DNA of 7,977 bases, taken from contig NW_021828679.1 in NCBI RefSeq assembly GCF_006345805.1, positions 1-7,977 of the forward strand. The letters are read 5' to 3'. Under the pieces are notes generated by a model, which did not search any database, was not told where the DNA came from, and saw only the letters and a program-made list of their open reading frames with translations. The DNA is from Octopus sinensis. Taxonomy: Eukaryota. Made by a program: the position numbers and the translations under genes. Positions 6,880 to 7,977 of the stretch are shown here, one piece after another (the stretch's first letter is position 1; each line of letters opens with the position of its first letter).

Positions 6880-6959
6880 AAATATGTATGCATGTTTCTA
6901 CATACTTATACACATATATACACATAAGTACATGTATATGTGTGTGTATGTCTGTGTGC

Positions 6960-6996
<37 letters not shown>

Positions 6997-7205
6997 CTAC
7001 GTACTCATATATATATATATATACGTATATAGGTACTTATGTATGTATACATTATATATATAAGTATATATATTTGTGTATGTATAAGTATGTATGAAAT
7101 GTCTACATATCTGCGCATGCATATACGCACACATAAGTGCATACATATATTAACACCATGTAAGATGAAGAATCTCATCCACAACGGATGCACTTACACA
7201 CACAC

Positions 7206-7251
<46 letters not shown>

Positions 7252-7315
7252 GCGCAATCACACAAACACAAACACACACCACACAGTACGCACATTACCG
7301 CACACAAATATATAA
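6880..7315. repeat. Mixed AT/GT/AC low-complexity region with (AT)n at 6961-6992 and (AC)n at 7196-7250
   Basis: Direct inspection; alternating purine-pyrimidine sequence throughout. Confidence 0.92.
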
Positions 7316-7467
7316 AGTAATATTTAGATTGGCTGACCTGTGGTCAAGAATCAATATAAGCCGTTCTTTGGACTGGTTCAATATGCCATTACGATTTCAT
7401 CAACGTCATAAGCGACCTTGCAATGTACTAACAGCTCCTTCACACACCCCACCCTGCCACTAAGTTC

Positions 7468-7503
<36 letters not shown>

Positions 7504-7531
7504 GGCACACGTATATACTCATCTGTGTGTG

Positions 7532-7582
<51 letters not shown>

Positions 7583-7625
7583 ATGCGTGTGTGTTTGTAC
7601 TTACACAAACAACTAAATATATATA

Positions 7626-7661
<36 letters not shown>

Positions 7662-7800
7662 TGTATGTATGTATGTATTCGTCGGTATCTTACGTATAGA
7701 GACATGCATCTGCATACTTCCACACGCACTCAGACAGATAGACATAGTTAAATACACGTACACACATATTTACATACACACGCACATACTAGCGCGCGCG
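7468..7800. repeat. Compound (CA)n(TA)n(TG)n and (ATGT)n microsatellites
   Basis: (CA)/(TA) at 7468-7502, (TA)/(TG) at 7536-7582, (ATGT)n at about 7632-7676, and a short (GC)n at 7792-7801. Confidence 0.93.
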
Positions 7801-7977
7801 CACAGGGCCATCCATGGTGCTGATTGAGTCATGTGACGTGATTACCATTGATAGGTGTTCAATGTTAATAAAGGCCTGAACAGGCGTCAGATATCAATAT
7901 GGATTGAGGTGGGAGGGAAGGATGATGCGAGTGGAGAGCGGGGGAGAGTGTTGGTGGGAGTAGAGTGTGTTAGACTG

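Noticed and set aside
7316-7465. Unique 150-bp island with an open frame (LADLWSRINISRSLDWFNMPLRF...) as a possible exon
   Set aside because: No polypyrimidine tract or convincing acceptor/donor pair on either strand, and the peptide is unrecognisable. It cannot be fully excluded without RNA-seq.
6858-7827. ORFs rich in YI, HT and CV dipeptides
   Set aside because: They are translations of dinucleotide and tetranucleotide microsatellites.

Overview
AT-rich eukaryotic non-coding DNA built almost entirely from decayed transposable elements and microsatellites. No intact protein-coding or RNA gene is supported. The SINE families and repeat load resemble an octopus/cephalopod genome (from recall, not verified). 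In order: a CR1-type LINE RT C-terminal relic (1-585, +); a Penelope-like endonuclease C-terminal relic (1021-1268, -); a SINE 3' half; a non-autonomous Helitron-like element with a second 5' end just upstream; about 1.2 kb of simple repeats; a SINE/R4-Dong cluster; a 5'-truncated R4/Dong-clade RLE retrotransposon (4647-6305, -); tandem hAT-like termini; a tRNA-SINE 5' half; and more microsatellites. The best observation is a fold-back inverted duplication centred on 3779-3780. Its left arm (3626-3778) matches the right arm (3781-4523) at 150 of 153 bp but lacks 589 bp. This single event explains the perfect 21-bp hairpin, the near-identical inverted SINEs and the flipped R4 fragment. I found no convincing new biological system; the novelty is structural and concerns TE biology.
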